Origin: Candidatus Marinacidobacterales bacterium
GTDB taxonomy: Bacteria > Acidobacteriota > Vicinamibacteria > Marinacidobacterales > SMYC01
DNA length: 64,000 bases
NCBI GenBank assembly: GCA_965224085.1
Contig: CBDCYI010000005.1
Coordinates: 1,568,001 to 1,632,000, forward strand
Direction: 5' to 3'
Shown: one piece after another, positions 62,698 to 64,000 of the stretch
Layout: every line of letters begins with the position of its first letter
How positions within the stretch are numbered: position 1 is the first letter of the stretch
Notes under the pieces: model-generated
Told to the model about the DNA's origin: nothing
The model's input: only the letters and a program-made list of their open reading frames with translations
The model's database searches: none
Made by a program: the position numbers and the translations under genes

Positions 62698-63247
62698 GAT
62701 TATTCCTCCAGTGATTTAGCAGACGACGACCATCGCCGCCCGCGGGGGACAGGGATGATGCCATGTGTGAGAGAGCGGTTCCGAGAAACGCAGGACTCGT
62801 TGTCCAGAGCGAAGATCGAACGAATGAAGACGACGGCGAAGCCGTCCTCCTTAATCCCTTCTGGCTCCCGTGGCCCGGAAAAACAAGGGAAACGGGTTAG
62901 AGGCGAGTGAGTTCACCGCGGCTGGCTTGCCGTGCAAAACCCGGAGTCCGGAGCCCCTGCCGGAGGCACCCGTCCGCCCATCGCCCATAGTGACTCGCAT
63001 CACGGCGCGTAGGTTGTGTCCAGGGCGGCGCAGCCGGCGCGCGAAGCGCGCGAAACCCTTGACAGAAGGGCGATGGGCTGCGGCGAAAAAGGCGCAGGCA
63101 AAATGCCCCCAGTTTGACACGACCTGCGCGCCGTGATTCCCTGGAAGGGCGATGGGCTGCGGCGAAAAAGGCGCAGGCAAAATGCCCCCAGTTTGGCTCA
63201 CCAGTTCGGGAGAGCTTGCAGGTCCCGCCGCCGCGCGAGCGGCTTAG

Positions 63248-63787
63248 TGTCTCTTCCGGGGATGGTCGAAACCCCTCGCCTTTAGGCGAAGAGAAGATCG
63301 TGGTATTGTGGTCGCGTGCGTCACTACAGGCACGGAGCGCACACGAAAACGGACCTAAAAGCGCACATCGTTTGGATACCGAAATATCGTAAAAAGGTTT
63401 TGATCGGTCCAGTAGCGGTTCGTGTGCGCGATCTGATTCGTCAGATCGCGATGGAACATGAGCTGCACATAATCTCGGGTAAGGTTGCACGCGACCACGT
63501 CCACGTGTTCGTATCCTACCGACCACACCAGGACCTGAGTACGATCGTGCAGTGGCTAAAAGGAATAAGCTCCCGAGTACTCCTTCAGGAGTTTGCTCAC
63601 CTGAGGAAGAAGTTTTGGGGCCGGCACTTCTGGGCCCGAGGATATCTGGCGGTGAGTTCAGGAAGCATAACGGACGAGATGGTAAAGGAGTACATAGACT
63701 CCCAGGATGGCGAGCCTCTTCACGACGACAGTCAATTTCCAATTGACAGCCCTTGAAGCCACCGCCTTCTAGGCGGTGGTTGTTCAC
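63248..63787 (+). mobile_element. IS200/IS605-family element, tnpA only (copy 2)
   Basis: Same ends and same TTAG|...TCAC|TTCAAT context as copy 1. Confidence 0.82.
63316..63756 (+). CDS. tnpA: IS200-family Y1 HUH transposase
   Basis: Protein identical to 28477..28917. Confidence 0.95.
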   Translation: MRHYRHGAHTKTDLKAHIVWIPKYRKKVLIGPVAVRVRDLIRQIAMEHELHIISGKVARDHVHVFVSYRPHQDLSTIVQWLKGISSRVLLQEFAHLRKKFWGRHFWARGYLAVSSGSITDEMVKEYIDSQDGEPLHDDSQFPIDSP

Positions 63788-63832
63788 TTCAATAGGCGTG
63801 GTTCTTTTTTTTAATAGACAAAGGCGCATTCT

Positions 63833-64000
63833 ATGTATCTACAGCATTACGGTTTTCGGGATAAGCCTTTCAAACTCACCCACGACCCCGCCTATTACTA
63901 CGGAGAAGCGCACCAAGTTGCGCTGAACGAGCTCTGTTACTCCATCGAGGAACGCCATGGTTTGGCGATCCTTCTCGGAGAGCCCGGCACTGGGAAGACG
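63833..64000 (+). CDS. ExeA/GspA-like AAA ATPase, runs off window end
   Basis: Manual translation MYLQHYGFRDKPFKLTHDP...H..AL..L.Y.I....GLAILLGEPGTGKT. Confidence 0.8.
   Translation, partial: MYLQHYGFRDKPFKLTHDPAYYYGEAHQVALNELCYSIEERHGLAILLGEPGTGKT

Larger units (their letters stand above)
62375..63793 (-). mobile_element. Second, truncated copy of the recombinase/IS91 + IS200 composite element
   Basis: Near-identical to 27591-28954 (three substitutions noticed, one 55-bp insertion). Confidence 0.9.

Noticed and set aside
62375-63793. Second copy as a pure assembly duplicate
   Set aside because: Copies differ by at least three substitutions and a 55-bp insertion, and have distinct flanks.

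Overview
GC-rich bacterial chromosome segment, most likely Acidobacteriota. This is inferred from the PadR + ADOP-type ABC permease pair and an acidobacterial-type Tes-like radical SAM gene. Intact modules: avtA (partial), penicillin acylase, a Tes/GDGT-MAS-like radical SAM enzyme next to a 2Fe-2S protein, hemH-hemN-hemY, larA, a probable hydroxyproline/proline catabolic cluster (OCD family, DHDPS family, ProDH, NSS transporter, two-subunit aconitase X), a MazF-type TA pair, a glycan locus with two NeuB-family synthases and three cytidylyltransferase domains, and argC-argD-argF'-argB behind tandem ARG boxes. Between these lie more than a dozen gene remnants joined by deletions, suggesting ongoing genome decay. 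The most striking structure is a tyrosine-recombinase + IS91-family (Y2 HUH) element. Its two ends carry inverted hairpin-GCGGCTTAG..CAAT motifs, and an IS200-family element sits inside one terminal motif. That arrangement occurs twice (about 25.6-29.0 kb, and truncated by an IS5 element at about 62.4-63.8 kb). No rRNA, tRNA or CRISPR array was seen. All family assignments come from motif recognition by eye, not database searches.
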